Below, piece by piece: positions 46,701 through 56,900 of a DNA stretch of 64,000 nucleotides (position 1 is the first letter of the stretch; each line of letters begins with the position of its first letter). The DNA comes from a virus (Duplodnaviria > Heunggongvirae > Uroviricota > Caudoviricetes), in the IMG/VR virus record IMGVR_UViG_3300037067_008064, positions 64,001-128,000 of that record; one strand, written 5' to 3'. The position numbers and the translations under genes were made by a program. A model generated the notes under the pieces. It was not told where the DNA came from, did not search any database, and worked only from the letters and a program-made list of their open reading frames with translations.

Positions 46701-49610
46701 TTAAACTGCTAAAGTTTTTAGCGCGCCTTTGGGATATGTAGTTAATTCATTTGTTTCTGTGTTTAAAACTCTTATCATGTCAGCTTCACCAACACTTTGA
46801 GTATAATCAATTGCATTAATTAAAACATTTTGTAATGCAGTTCCGTTTGTATCTATAACAACTCCTTGTATATAATTTGAAGGATTTGCAAAATCATTTG
46901 GGTCTTCCAAAACATTTATTTGTTCTTTTGGTAACATACTTAATTCACCTTCAACAAGTACATTTAATAACTTATCAGTTGGGGTATTTGCCCATTCAGA
47001 ATATTTTACATAACAATTATCTAATTTAACTGGGACTTTTCCCATATAAATACCACATTTTACATATTGTTCAAATAAAAGTTTTTGTGTTTTTTCATCA
47101 AATTTAAACGGTGGTTTCATAGTTTCTACTTTGACACCAACTAACTTAACTTCACTTGGCTTAGCATATTCTGTTGAACCATCACTATATTTTTGTATAA
47201 TAAAATCACCATTAGCTAATTGACCAGTGATACTAGCTTTTTGATTTTTATACATTACAGTATCAGTAATATTTGGAAAAGATTCATTTAATGATTCAGT
47301 AATTCTAAGATTAACAGTTCCTTCTAATGAACCATCAAATCTGGAATAAAATTTAATTGTTGTTGCATGGTTTAACTGAACTAATAATCCTTTTAAAAAT
47401 TCAATTAAATCTTCTTTGTCATAAAGAGTTATAGGGTGATCACCAATAGGATAATTTTCTATAAGATTATCTCCTTCATATGCAGCCCAATAAACAGCTT
47501 CTAATGGAAGTTGTAATTTTGAGTTATAAACTGCTTTAGTAATATCTATGTCCTTTAGAGGTTCATTAAAGTCCATTCCAATTGAAGTTTCAGTTAACTT
47601 TTTTTTTAAAAAAACTTTTTTACTTTTTTTAACTTCTGATTTAGTATCTTCTTTTTCAGCTTCTTCTTTCACGAAACTTTCTTTTTTAAGAGGTTTTTTT
47701 TCTTTTTTAACTGGATTACCATTTTCATCTTTTTCTTCTTCATCGCCTTCTTTATTTTCTTCTTCATCTGATGTTACTTCGGTTCCAGCCTTTCCTTCTT
47801 CCTCTTCCGGATTTTCAGGATTTATTTCTGGGTTTTCTTCTGTTTCTTGTTCTTTTTCTTTTTCAATAGAATCAATTTCATCTTCTATTCTATCTTGGTC
47901 CAAATCTACCTCATCTTCTTGTCTTGATGGTGAATCACCCAATAATTCAGATTCTTGATCATCAAAAGTTACTTGTGAAGCAGGTTCATCATTTGTATAA
48001 TTAGCAGTTAATGAATCTTCATCTCCTGCACTTCCAACTTCATCTTCTTCTTTAGGAATTGGAACAATATATTTTTTACCATCAACATTAACAGTTACTG
48101 TAACTTCTTCATTTAATGGTCTAATATATTTTTCAACTTCATTTAAGTAATCTTGATATTCAATTTTAATTTCTGATAATTCTTCTGTAAGAATTTTAAC
48201 GAGTTCATCTTTAATTTTATTATTTGGTTGTGATAGAACTACATTTAATTTAGTTTCAATTAAATTAATATAATTAGCATATTCAGCTTTAGTTTCTTCA
48301 ACTTCTGCCAATATTTTTTCTTCTTTTGGAAGTATATCTTCAAATACTTTTGAAACATCATAACGTAAATGTTCCATCATAATTTCTTTTGCTTGAATAG
48401 GATTTACATTTCTATAAAATGTATCTTTATTATTAATAGGGTCATATGTAGAAATGAAAATATTATCTCTTAATTTAAAAATATCTGCTGCATAATCAGT
48501 ATTTTCTTTAAGTGAAACTCTTTTAACAAAATCAATTTCTGCAAATTCATCAAAATTTTCATATAAAGTTTTTATTAATGAATAGAATTCAGTTTTTCCA
48601 GTCATTGGAGCTATTTCTAAACTTTCATTTAATTGTTCAACAGATAAAAATGATTCATTTACTGTTACACCGTTTTTATTAATAACAGCAATATCTTTAT
48701 CAGAATATAATTCAATATTATTATTATTTTTAATAGTAATTATAGGATTATTAATAGTTTCACATAATGAAATAAATTCTGGATTTAAATTAGATACATA
48801 TTCTTTTGATAATTTAGAAACATTATTTCCTTTTTTAACAAAGTATCTTCCTTTGATATTAAAAATAACTTCATTTTCTCCTAAATAAAATAATGGTGAA
48901 TAAATTTTTTCAATGTCACAAAAAGCATTAGCATATTCTAATTGTAAATTAGTAGCATCTGCATTAACTAAATTAATAATACTTCTTACAAAATCGTCAT
49001 AGCTAAATTTAATTAATGTTTCTTTTAAATAGTGTTTGCTTTGTTCTGTTTTATTAGTTAAATAAGTTTCTACAACATCTTCAATTAAAGGTAATAAATA
49101 ATTACTTTTAGAAGTTTTCATTGCTTCGATAATCTTACTAATTTCAATATCAATATTATATTTTTTAACAATATCTTCAACATAATCTATTTGTTGTTGA
49201 ACCGTTGGTAAATAACCAAAAGGTTCAAGTGCTGGTAAAAAGCTTTCATATAATAAAACTTCAGGTGTATCTAATAACATTTCTTTATATTGTATTAGAA
49301 TTTCCTTTAGTGTTGGATTAAATTTAGCTTCTGATTGTTCTAATATATTGATAGCTTTTCTAACTCCAATGTTCTTAATAGCATAAATTCTATTTGTATT
49401 ATTAAGCCATTCTTTAACAACAATATCATTCTTGAAATTTTGTAAATTTTCAAAAAGATTTTCTAATGCCGTTCTTTCTATTTCATACTTAGCTTCTGGC
49501 GTTACATTATTATATACAACTGAACTTAGTATTCCAATAGCAGATTCACAAATAGCTTTAATTTTGTTGGAATTAGTTTGATTCTTAAGTTGATTGATTC
49601 TTGATATCAT
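46701..49610 (-). CDS. Large head-associated (scaffold/core-like) protein with acidic linker and [LI]-x-E motifs
   Basis: 969 aa; helical N-half, E/D-rich linker, LNEE/LTET/ESLNES motifs. Confidence 0.5.
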   Translation of the reverse strand: MISRINQLKNQTNSNKIKAICESAIGILSSVVYNNVTPEAKYEIERTALENLFENLQNFKNDIVVKEWLNNTNRIYAIKNIGVRKAINILEQSEAKFNPTLKEILIQYKEMLLDTPEVLLYESFLPALEPFGYLPTVQQQIDYVEDIVKKYNIDIEISKIIEAMKTSKSNYLLPLIEDVVETYLTNKTEQSKHYLKETLIKFSYDDFVRSIINLVNADATNLQLEYANAFCDIEKIYSPLFYLGENEVIFNIKGRYFVKKGNNVSKLSKEYVSNLNPEFISLCETINNPIITIKNNNNIELYSDKDIAVINKNGVTVNESFLSVEQLNESLEIAPMTGKTEFYSLIKTLYENFDEFAEIDFVKRVSLKENTDYAADIFKLRDNIFISTYDPINNKDTFYRNVNPIQAKEIMMEHLRYDVSKVFEDILPKEEKILAEVEETKAEYANYINLIETKLNVVLSQPNNKIKDELVKILTEELSEIKIEYQDYLNEVEKYIRPLNEEVTVTVNVDGKKYIVPIPKEEDEVGSAGDEDSLTANYTNDEPASQVTFDDQESELLGDSPSRQEDEVDLDQDRIEDEIDSIEKEKEQETEENPEINPENPEEEEGKAGTEVTSDEEENKEGDEEEKDENGNPVKKEKKPLKKESFVKEEAEKEDTKSEVKKSKKVFLKKKLTETSIGMDFNEPLKDIDITKAVYNSKLQLPLEAVYWAAYEGDNLIENYPIGDHPITLYDKEDLIEFLKGLLVQLNHATTIKFYSRFDGSLEGTVNLRITESLNESFPNITDTVMYKNQKASITGQLANGDFIIQKYSDGSTEYAKPSEVKLVGVKVETMKPPFKFDEKTQKLLFEQYVKCGIYMGKVPVKLDNCYVKYSEWANTPTDKLLNVLVEGELSMLPKEQINVLEDPNDFANPSNYIQGVVIDTNGTALQNVLINAIDYTQSVGEADMIRVLNTETNELTTYPKGALKTLAV

Positions 49611-49676
49611 AAGCTTTTTATTTTTATTTAAAAATAGTGATTATTTTTTTTATATATTTAATTTTTTTTTAATATT

Positions 49677-50996
49677 TTAGACAATTTTAACGTTATTTAT
49701 TATTCCGTAATGTTCTGGATTAACACTATTAGCCACGATAATATTGATATCTTTATAATCTATATTACCAGTAAAATAAATTGAAGGTTCTATATACACT
49801 GGATTTGTTAGATCTATTTTATTTCCAATCAAATTTATTTTAATAGCACCTTCATTTGTGTATGTAATTTTATTATGAGTGTTTTTCATTTCTAATACTA
49901 TACCTATAGAAGTATCGATATTACCAGTATTAAAATATCCAGTATCTAATATTATAAATGAACTTACATCAATTAATTTTGTTACTAAATCAGGAATAAT
50001 TTTTATTAATGGTGGTCTAATTAAATTTAATGATTGTGTTTCATCAAATATTATAGTTGGTTCTTTATATTCTGTAAATGATTGGGGTACATTCCATAAA
50101 TAATATTCATGATTAGGTATAAATTTTTCTATAGTATACCATTGTGTGTTAGTTGAACTATTATATTGCCAATATAAATCTACTCTATTAATAATAGCAC
50201 CTTCTCTATCATAATTCCATTCAATTAAAATATTAGCATTTTTATAAAGTGTTGAATTATTAATTGGAGAAACTACTGTAATTCTTCCATCATCTTTTTC
50301 TGGAGGGGAATAAAGTCTAATACCAAATCCTTTAATTCTTGAATTTGAATTTACTTCTGTTGTTTGATCAAACACTGGAAGATATGTTTCAATTCCTAAT
50401 TCAAATGTTTGTTTTATTTGTTTTGGATTATCATAGCTATAAGCTACAATATTTTCTGTAGATATGGTTTCTGGAAATCCTACAGTACAACCTATTCTCA
50501 TTCCTTTAAAATATACATAATATGTTAATGTTCTAAAAAAAGTTTCATATATTACTTGTTCTATTTTAAGGGCAGGAACCATTCCATTTGGCTGAATTTC
50601 ACAAGCAATTTTAACATCAAAAGGAATTGGTCTTAAGTAAGAAGAATATGATTGTAATTGACCATCAACTTGTTTTAAATATTGTCCTTGAACATAACGT
50701 GATGTCATTCTTTGTGTGTTTACAGCTGAACCTGTATATGTTATAATTCCACGAGGTGTAACATCGAAATTTCCGTCAATAGGTACTGGTGCACAACCTG
50801 AGTAATGAGTATAAAAATCTTGCATGAAACGTTCATCACCACTTTGATTATAGAACCAAGGTATTTTAATTGTTTCTATATCATCATTGCTCCAAACTTG
50901 TTCATATTCTAATTGATTATTTAAAACATCTAATAAACCTGCAATTACGGCTCTAATTAAGAGTTTTTCATTATTATATTTATTTTGTAAGGCCAT
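49677..50996 (-). CDS. Tail sheath stabilizer/terminator, T4 gp15-like, with C-terminal extension
   Basis: IKIPWFY...ERFMQ, PRG, PIPFDV...EQ pattern. Confidence 0.7.
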   Translation of the reverse strand: MALQNKYNNEKLLIRAVIAGLLDVLNNQLEYEQVWSNDDIETIKIPWFYNQSGDERFMQDFYTHYSGCAPVPIDGNFDVTPRGIITYTGSAVNTQRMTSRYVQGQYLKQVDGQLQSYSSYLRPIPFDVKIACEIQPNGMVPALKIEQVIYETFFRTLTYYVYFKGMRIGCTVGFPETISTENIVAYSYDNPKQIKQTFELGIETYLPVFDQTTEVNSNSRIKGFGIRLYSPPEKDDGRITVVSPINNSTLYKNANILIEWNYDREGAIINRVDLYWQYNSSTNTQWYTIEKFIPNHEYYLWNVPQSFTEYKEPTIIFDETQSLNLIRPPLIKIIPDLVTKLIDVSSFIILDTGYFNTGNIDTSIGIVLEMKNTHNKITYTNEGAIKINLIGNKIDLTNPVYIEPSIYFTGNIDYKDINIIVANSVNPEHYGIINNVKIV

Positions 50997-51025
50997 TAAA
51001 AATATTCATTTTAATATATATCTGA

Positions 51026-51910
51026 CTAATCTTTTTTAGGTTCAAACAAAATATGCCACCCATAATGTAGAATTTTAAATTCAGAGCCACTTATATAAAT
51101 TTCAAAATCTCTTCCAAAATAAATATTTCCATCTATTTGAATAGGAACATCATCAATATTTTTTTCAATTTTAAATTCAATACCATTAAAAGAACTATCA
51201 TATTTTTTATATCTTTCTTCATTATCCCATTTAATTTCACTAGGTATAACATCAACTCCTATTTTTTTACAAATTAAATAAACAAGATCTTGTGTTAATG
51301 AAAATTCAACTTCTCCTTTATCTAATTTAGTTAATTTTTTTAAGTTACGTTGAGTTTTTTCATTAAATTTTTTTACAAAATCATACCAAAACCAGCGATT
51401 ATTTTTAGAAAATGATTGATATTTTTTTTCATAAATTGTATCTTGATAATTATAATAAGCTTCATGATTTGTTTCTATTAAACCTATTACTTCATTATAA
51501 TCATCATCATATAATTTAATTCTGGTATAATATAAATTAACTTGGTTATTATTATCAACATAGATCATACCATCTAATTGATAGAATGCTAAATCTCCTG
51601 GTGGGTCTAATGATGCCCAACATTCATATTGGAAATGATTTACCGGGTCTTTTTCTCTATTCATCCAATCACCTTGTGATGGGTATAACCCAACTAATTT
51701 TGCTACTTCCCAAATAAAATCAAAAGCAACATTGGCTCTTGTTCTTATTACATCACCTTCATAATCTTTTAAATAAGTCTCCCATTTTTTTCTGGATTTA
51801 ATATTAAAAGAATGAACAAAAGATTGATTTATTAATGTAATTCTTTTTAAAACTCTATTAAGTAATTTAGTTTTTGGGTCTATTGCTTCATTTACAAATT
51901 TAGCTTGCAT
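51026..51910 (-). CDS. Hypothetical protein with MQAKFVNE tag and internal duplication
   Basis: Tag motif; two similar FDFIWEVAKLVG / LVYLICKKIG halves. Confidence 0.65.
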   Translation of the reverse strand: MQAKFVNEAIDPKTKLLNRVLKRITLINQSFVHSFNIKSRKKWETYLKDYEGDVIRTRANVAFDFIWEVAKLVGLYPSQGDWMNREKDPVNHFQYECWASLDPPGDLAFYQLDGMIYVDNNNQVNLYYTRIKLYDDDYNEVIGLIETNHEAYYNYQDTIYEKKYQSFSKNNRWFWYDFVKKFNEKTQRNLKKLTKLDKGEVEFSLTQDLVYLICKKIGVDVIPSEIKWDNEERYKKYDSSFNGIEFKIEKNIDDVPIQIDGNIYFGRDFEIYISGSEFKILHYGWHILFEPKKD

Positions 51911-51926
51911 GAATAGTTTTTAATAT

Positions 51927-53642
51927 TTATTCATCTACTATTTTAAGTCTTTGAATAAATTCAATTGGAAAGGCTTTTCTATTATAATGAATTAAATCGC
52001 CTAAATTACCATCGAGTATATATGTAATAGCCCAATCTGTTTCATTTCTTATTGGTCTACCTGTACCTTGTAATATATTTACTATTGCTTTCCATTTATA
52101 CCAATTAGGATCAATTTTTAATTTAGTTGAAACATATTTATCAGTTAAACTTAAATATGGAACCTTAGCAAATATAGCAAATCTACACCAATCATTTTTT
52201 AAATCCAATCCTTCTAATAATGATGGGCCCATTAAAATTTTGTTATTGTTAACTTTAAGTTGTTCCAACACATCTCGTTTTTCACCAGTTCCATTATAAA
52301 TTAAAATTCTTTTTCTACTTTCTTCTGAAACATTTTTATAAATTTTTAAAGCTAAATCATATGAAGCAGAGTGTATAATTCCATTTTCATTTGGATGTTT
52401 ATTAATTATTGTATCTATTGTATTATATAACCACGGAAGATTAGCTTCCATTTGATTATAAGACATTCTTCTTTTGTTATAAAAATAAATAGGTGATTTG
52501 TCAAAATTAAAACTATTATCTATTTTAATATATTTAGCATTATTAAGAAATATAGTTTGAATATACATTGCTGGATCTGAAAATGTTGCACTCATTAATA
52601 CAGTAAATCCAGCCCATTTATGAAAATATTTATGAATTAAATAATTTTCACTTAAACAATTGAAAGTTAATTCTTCAAAGGATGGGTTTTTAATTAAATT
52701 TCTTGAAGTAGTTGAAGATATTATATTTACATAATCTTCTATTTTACAGTGCATATCTTTTAACCAATCACAAAGAGTTGCAATGTGCCTCCATTCATAA
52801 GGTACTTTCTTTTTGTACTTTTGATTAATTGCCTTTTTAAATATTTCAACTGAACCTTTATAAGTTTCAAAATGTTCTTCAATAATTTTTAATAATGCTA
52901 AAAGTTTGTCTTGGTTTTCTTCATCATATAATTTTTTTATAGATTCTTTGATTATTTTATAATCAACATCATGTTCATTTATTTTATGAACATTAAAAAA
53001 TTCTGTTATTTTTTGTAATTTTTCTAATGTATGTCCATTAAATTTTGGTGAATAGTGATTTTGAACTAAATCTAATATTTTGTGTGCTTCATCTGCTATT
53101 AAAAAATCGCGGGGTGGAAATATTTGTTGTGTTTTATCCAAGAATAAATTTACATAATTCATCATGATAAACCAGTAAGCATAGTTCAGAAGTGATGTGG
53201 GTGACTCAGATGCTTTATCACGAGCATTGTAATATGGACAATCATTATAACAAGGAAATGTCTTCGGTATTTTGCCTCTTATATGGCATGTGCCTAATGA
53301 ATGTTTTTCATCATTATCAATACATAGATAATTATCAACGCCTTTAACTGAACCCCAGTTTAAATTAAATTGGTTAAAATCTTTTTCATATTGTTCTTGT
53401 AAAGATATATCTGAGGCAAGTATATATCCTCTTTTATTTAATTGATTTAAAATCCATGAAACACACATTGCAATGATTGATTTGCCACTGCCTGTTGGTG
53501 CATCTAAAATAACTACTTTATATTTATTATCTATGTATGTTTGAACTATTTGTTCAATGGCTTCACACTGTCCTTTACGCCATTTAAAATTTTCACGAAG
53601 AAAAGTAGTACGAAATTCTTCTATTTTTTGTAATATATCCAT
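51927..53642 (-). CDS. DinG/XPD-family ATP-dependent helicase
   Basis: DAPTGSGKS, Fe-S-type Cys cluster, ADEAH, SATF, EGLDL, KVPY, QGTGRPIR. Confidence 0.9.
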   Translation of the reverse strand: MDILQKIEEFRTTFLRENFKWRKGQCEAIEQIVQTYIDNKYKVVILDAPTGSGKSIIAMCVSWILNQLNKRGYILASDISLQEQYEKDFNQFNLNWGSVKGVDNYLCIDNDEKHSLGTCHIRGKIPKTFPCYNDCPYYNARDKASESPTSLLNYAYWFIMMNYVNLFLDKTQQIFPPRDFLIADEAHKILDLVQNHYSPKFNGHTLEKLQKITEFFNVHKINEHDVDYKIIKESIKKLYDEENQDKLLALLKIIEEHFETYKGSVEIFKKAINQKYKKKVPYEWRHIATLCDWLKDMHCKIEDYVNIISSTTSRNLIKNPSFEELTFNCLSENYLIHKYFHKWAGFTVLMSATFSDPAMYIQTIFLNNAKYIKIDNSFNFDKSPIYFYNKRRMSYNQMEANLPWLYNTIDTIINKHPNENGIIHSASYDLALKIYKNVSEESRKRILIYNGTGEKRDVLEQLKVNNNKILMGPSLLEGLDLKNDWCRFAIFAKVPYLSLTDKYVSTKLKIDPNWYKWKAIVNILQGTGRPIRNETDWAITYILDGNLGDLIHYNRKAFPIEFIQRLKIVDE

Positions 53643-53700
53643 AATGATTTATTATAGGAAAATAAATCACAAATGATTTATTAATAAGAAAAATATTATT

Positions 53701-53943
53701 TTATCCTTCAACCTTTAGCCATTTACCATTTCCTTGTTTTCTATATCTTTGACCATATCCGGTGCCTAATTTACCAACACCATAAACATCAAAAGTGGTT
53801 GGAGTCATTATAGCCCAAGGACCTTTATTTGTTTTTCCATCTATGAATTCATTGAATATCATATCTCCAAAATCATCAAAATCACCTATAACACCTGTCC
53901 AATATATAGGTGCCTTAGCTTCATTTACTTTTATTGCTTTCAT
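53701..53943 (-). CDS. Hypothetical protein with MKAIKVNE tag
   Basis: Tag motif. Confidence 0.65.
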   Translation of the reverse strand: MKAIKVNEAKAPIYWTGVIGDFDDFGDMIFNEFIDGKTNKGPWAIMTPTTFDVYGVGKLGTGYGQRYRKQGNGKWLKVEG

Positions 53944-53956
53944 TTTACGTATTATT

Positions 53957-54346
53957 TTATATGTCTACAGTTTCTGGTGGTATGCCCAGTTTTTCACAAA
54001 CCATTTTTTCTATTTCATAGAATTTATCCCATAATAAATTATATGCGTCAATACTTTCATTATCATTTCCCCAACTTTGAGCTTTATTATCAAATTCTGA
54101 TAAAATATCAGGTGACCAACCAGGTTCAACAATTTTATTCCAAAATACTCCTTGTATATCTTCTTCTAAATCTAATCTATTTTCTCCGGCCCAATCTACA
54201 TTTAAAAAATCTTTAAAAATAGTTTTAAATTTATACATTGTTTCTCTATAAAGAAAACCATAATTTTGATTATAAAAATCTAATACTTGCATTTCTTTAT
54301 TTCCAGGAATCTTTTCATCCCATTGAGTTATGTTTCTTGCTCTCAT
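53957..54346 (-). CDS. Hypothetical protein with MRARNI tag variant
   Basis: atgagagcaagaaac resembles the MRAK cassette. Confidence 0.6.
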   Translation of the reverse strand: MRARNITQWDEKIPGNKEMQVLDFYNQNYGFLYRETMYKFKTIFKDFLNVDWAGENRLDLEEDIQGVFWNKIVEPGWSPDILSEFDNKAQSWGNDNESIDAYNLLWDKFYEIEKMVCEKLGIPPETVDI

Positions 54347-54762
54347 AATAATATAATTTTGCTAGTTGTAAATTTCTTAAGGCCAGAAATAATTTTAAAT
54401 AAAATAGCATCTCCATTTGATAATATTGCCATAGGAATACCTTTTACATATTCATTTTCATATTTAAATTTAATATTATTTCTACTAATTTCTGGTTTAG
54501 CCAATTCTTTTTTAATATATTTTAAAGTATCAACTTCATAAATTTCAATTTCATCATCTTCAGGTATAATAACTTCATCTGGAGAAATAACATCTTCATC
54601 TGATAATTCCATATCTTCATCTGGTATGAGATCTTCATCATCTTCCGGCCATTTATCTGTTGAATCTATTTTCGGTTTACGTATCATGGTTTTTTTATTT
54701 TTGCTTCTACTTTTAGCAAATTCATTTAAATTTTCATGTACTGATATATAATTATGTTTCAT
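54343..54762 (-). CDS. Acidic hypothetical protein with ENLNE motif
   Basis: SVHENLNEF, D/E-rich linker. Confidence 0.6.
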   Translation of the reverse strand: MKHNYISVHENLNEFAKSRSKNKKTMIRKPKIDSTDKWPEDDEDLIPDEDMELSDEDVISPDEVIIPEDDEIEIYEVDTLKYIKKELAKPEISRNNIKFKYENEYVKGIPMAILSNGDAILFKIISGLKKFTTSKIILL

Positions 54763-54779
54763 AAAATTTTATTATTTTA

Positions 54780-54938
54780 TTATCTGCATCCGTGGCATCC
54801 ACTGCATTGAATACAAAATCTTCCGCCATTAAATTGTTCCCAAATTTCTTTTGGAAATGCTAAGCTATTTCTTTCAACAAATTTAGGTTTTTCATAAACA
54901 GCTTTTTTAGTTTCTTTTTTAATTTTTATAGTTTCCAT
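54780..54938 (-). CDS. Cys-rich RiPP-like precursor peptide A (52 aa; start moved to METIK)
   Basis: VYEKP...LAFP...CIQCSGCHGCR. Confidence 0.7.
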   Translation of the reverse strand: METIKIKKETKKAVYEKPKFVERNSLAFPKEIWEQFNGGRFCIQCSGCHGCR

Positions 54939-54951
54939 TTTATTTATTATT

Positions 54952-55143
54952 TTATCTACAACCATGACATGAAGAACATTGTCTACATCCCAGAGCTGCA
55001 AAATGAATACATTCTCTATAACATAATTCTGTTTTACAATCTTGACATTGTTTATTAATAAAATGTTTTATTCCATCAAATGGAAATGTCATTTTATCTA
55101 CTCGATATATATCTGGTTTAATATAAACTTCTTTTGTTTCCAT
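54952..55143 (-). CDS. Cys-rich RiPP-like precursor peptide B (63 aa)
   Basis: VYIKP...MTFP...CRQCSSCHGCR plus four extra Cys. Confidence 0.7.
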   Translation of the reverse strand: METKEVYIKPDIYRVDKMTFPFDGIKHFINKQCQDCKTELCYRECIHFAALGCRQCSSCHGCR

Positions 55144-55884
55144 TTAAAATTCTTTTAGGGCATCACAAAATCCTAATTTTTTTCTTTGAATAACCCATTC
55201 TGGTACTCCAATCATTCTTGCAATATCTTTCCATAAAATTTTTCCCGTATCACAACTTACTCTATCTTCATAAGGAATATGAGAAACATATTCTATAAAT
55301 TTATCATCTGTAAAAACCGTAATAATATTAACTCCTGCTTTTATTCCAGAAGAATTAAGAGGCTTTAAATGAAAAGGTTCTAATTGATCCCAAAATTTAT
55401 TAAAAGCATAACCAATTGGTTGTTTTCTTATTTTATAATTCCAATGTTCCCAATATCCACCCATTAATTCATCTATACCATCTGTACATAATACATCAGT
55501 AGCATATTTAGATGCCTTTAGTAATATTAATAATACGGCTTCATCACCATCAGAATATTCTGATGTAAACAATTTCCTTGCTTCTTCTCTAGTTTTTTGA
55601 GATGGAATATAAACATCTAATTTAAAATTCATTTCTTTAGCAAACCTGGTGGCAGAAACTACATCAGGATGATTATAATTTGGCCCAATAGTAAAATAAC
55701 GAGTATCGGGATTAAATTGATGTGCTAAAATAGCTAATATAGCACTGTCAACTCCACCTGATAATAATACACCAGGGCGATTACCTTTCATTTTTTTAAA
55801 CCCATCTAATACTGCTTGTTTTGTGACTTGAAGAAAATCTTCTTTTGTGTAATTTAATTGTTTTGATAATTCAATTGTTTTCAT
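55144..55884 (-). CDS. Asparagine-synthase C-domain-like PP-loop enzyme without glutaminase domain (start moved to MKTIE)
   Basis: LLSGGVDS, TDGIDELMGGY, GKILW, RKKLGF. Confidence 0.85.
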   Translation of the reverse strand: MKTIELSKQLNYTKEDFLQVTKQAVLDGFKKMKGNRPGVLLSGGVDSAILAILAHQFNPDTRYFTIGPNYNHPDVVSATRFAKEMNFKLDVYIPSQKTREEARKLFTSEYSDGDEAVLLILLKASKYATDVLCTDGIDELMGGYWEHWNYKIRKQPIGYAFNKFWDQLEPFHLKPLNSSGIKAGVNIITVFTDDKFIEYVSHIPYEDRVSCDTGKILWKDIARMIGVPEWVIQRKKLGFCDALKEF

Positions 55885-55885
55885 A

Positions 55886-56218
55886 TTAATTCTTTTTAAG
55901 TTGTCTATCGGCGCATGGTATTTTTTGACCATCTTCTATTGCTTCGTTTTCACTCCAATATACTTTTTGATCTTCCATTAAACCAGTTATACAATGATAC
56001 ATTTTTCCATCCTTTCCCATAACATGGTCCATTTGATATTTATTTCCTAAATGATCTAACATAGGACAGTGGTGTAATTCTTCATCTTTATTTTTTTTAT
56101 CTGCAGCGTGAACATGGTGTATTAGATATAGCCAGTTTTCTAAAGCAGGCCCTGTTTCATTTAAATATTGATATTCATTAATATTTTCCGGAACTAGTTT
56201 TGTATTTTTTTCTTTCAT
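55886..56218 (-). CDS. His/Cys-rich hypothetical protein with ENINE/LNE motif
   Basis: HHVH, HHCP, DH, YHC. Confidence 0.6.
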   Translation of the reverse strand: MKEKNTKLVPENINEYQYLNETGPALENWLYLIHHVHAADKKNKDEELHHCPMLDHLGNKYQMDHVMGKDGKMYHCITGLMEDQKVYWSENEAIEDGQKIPCADRQLKKN

Positions 56219-56233
56219 TGTATTAATTAATTT

Positions 56234-56830
56234 TTACCAAGTTTGTCTTGAAATATATTTATAAGTTTTACCATCTTCTCCTAATTTAAATAATTTTGCA
56301 ATCATATAAATTTGATATTTGCGTAATTCTGGCAAATAAAATATGTTAACTTGGTAATGTTCAGCATCTATCAAATTAGAAAAATATTTATCATATCCTT
56401 CAATAGGTATAAATTTTCTTTCATCTAACCATCCAACTTTTACAAGAAAATCTTTTGTTTCATACTTATTAACATAGGGTTCTGTTTCTTGTTTAATTTT
56501 ATCAGACCACTTACTAATATTATCATTTAAACCTTCTCTTACTAATTTTTTAATTTTTGATTTTTTATTTTCAGTTAAAAGTAAATTTTGTTTCACTTCA
56601 TCCCAATTAATATCTTTTGATTGTAAAAATAATATTTGACTAAAACTCGCATCCCAATTGTCAACCAGCCACTTACCTATATGTTTTTTAAAATCAGCTG
56701 GTGATTTAATTATTCCAATGTTTAAATATTTAACAAGATAATTTACTAAATCTGGATTACCATCTAAAACTTGCATAACATCTGCAGTTGATGAATTAGA
56801 ATAATCTTGAGGATTAAATTTATTTTTCAT
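56234..56830 (-). CDS. Two-module hypothetical protein
   Basis: Internal KLVREGLND motif. Confidence 0.6.
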   Translation of the reverse strand: MKNKFNPQDYSNSSTADVMQVLDGNPDLVNYLVKYLNIGIIKSPADFKKHIGKWLVDNWDASFSQILFLQSKDINWDEVKQNLLLTENKKSKIKKLVREGLNDNISKWSDKIKQETEPYVNKYETKDFLVKVGWLDERKFIPIEGYDKYFSNLIDAEHYQVNIFYLPELRKYQIYMIAKLFKLGEDGKTYKYISRQTW

Positions 56831-56900
56831 GGGTTATATAATTTTATTTTATTTATATATACAATTTAACTTTTTTTGTATTAAACTATTCTTGTTATAT

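Noticed and set aside
54780-55884. Canonical lasso peptide cluster
   Set aside because: No transglutaminase-like peptidase or RRE in the window and no clear Thr(-2)/ring-forming acid spacing; kept as RiPP-like only
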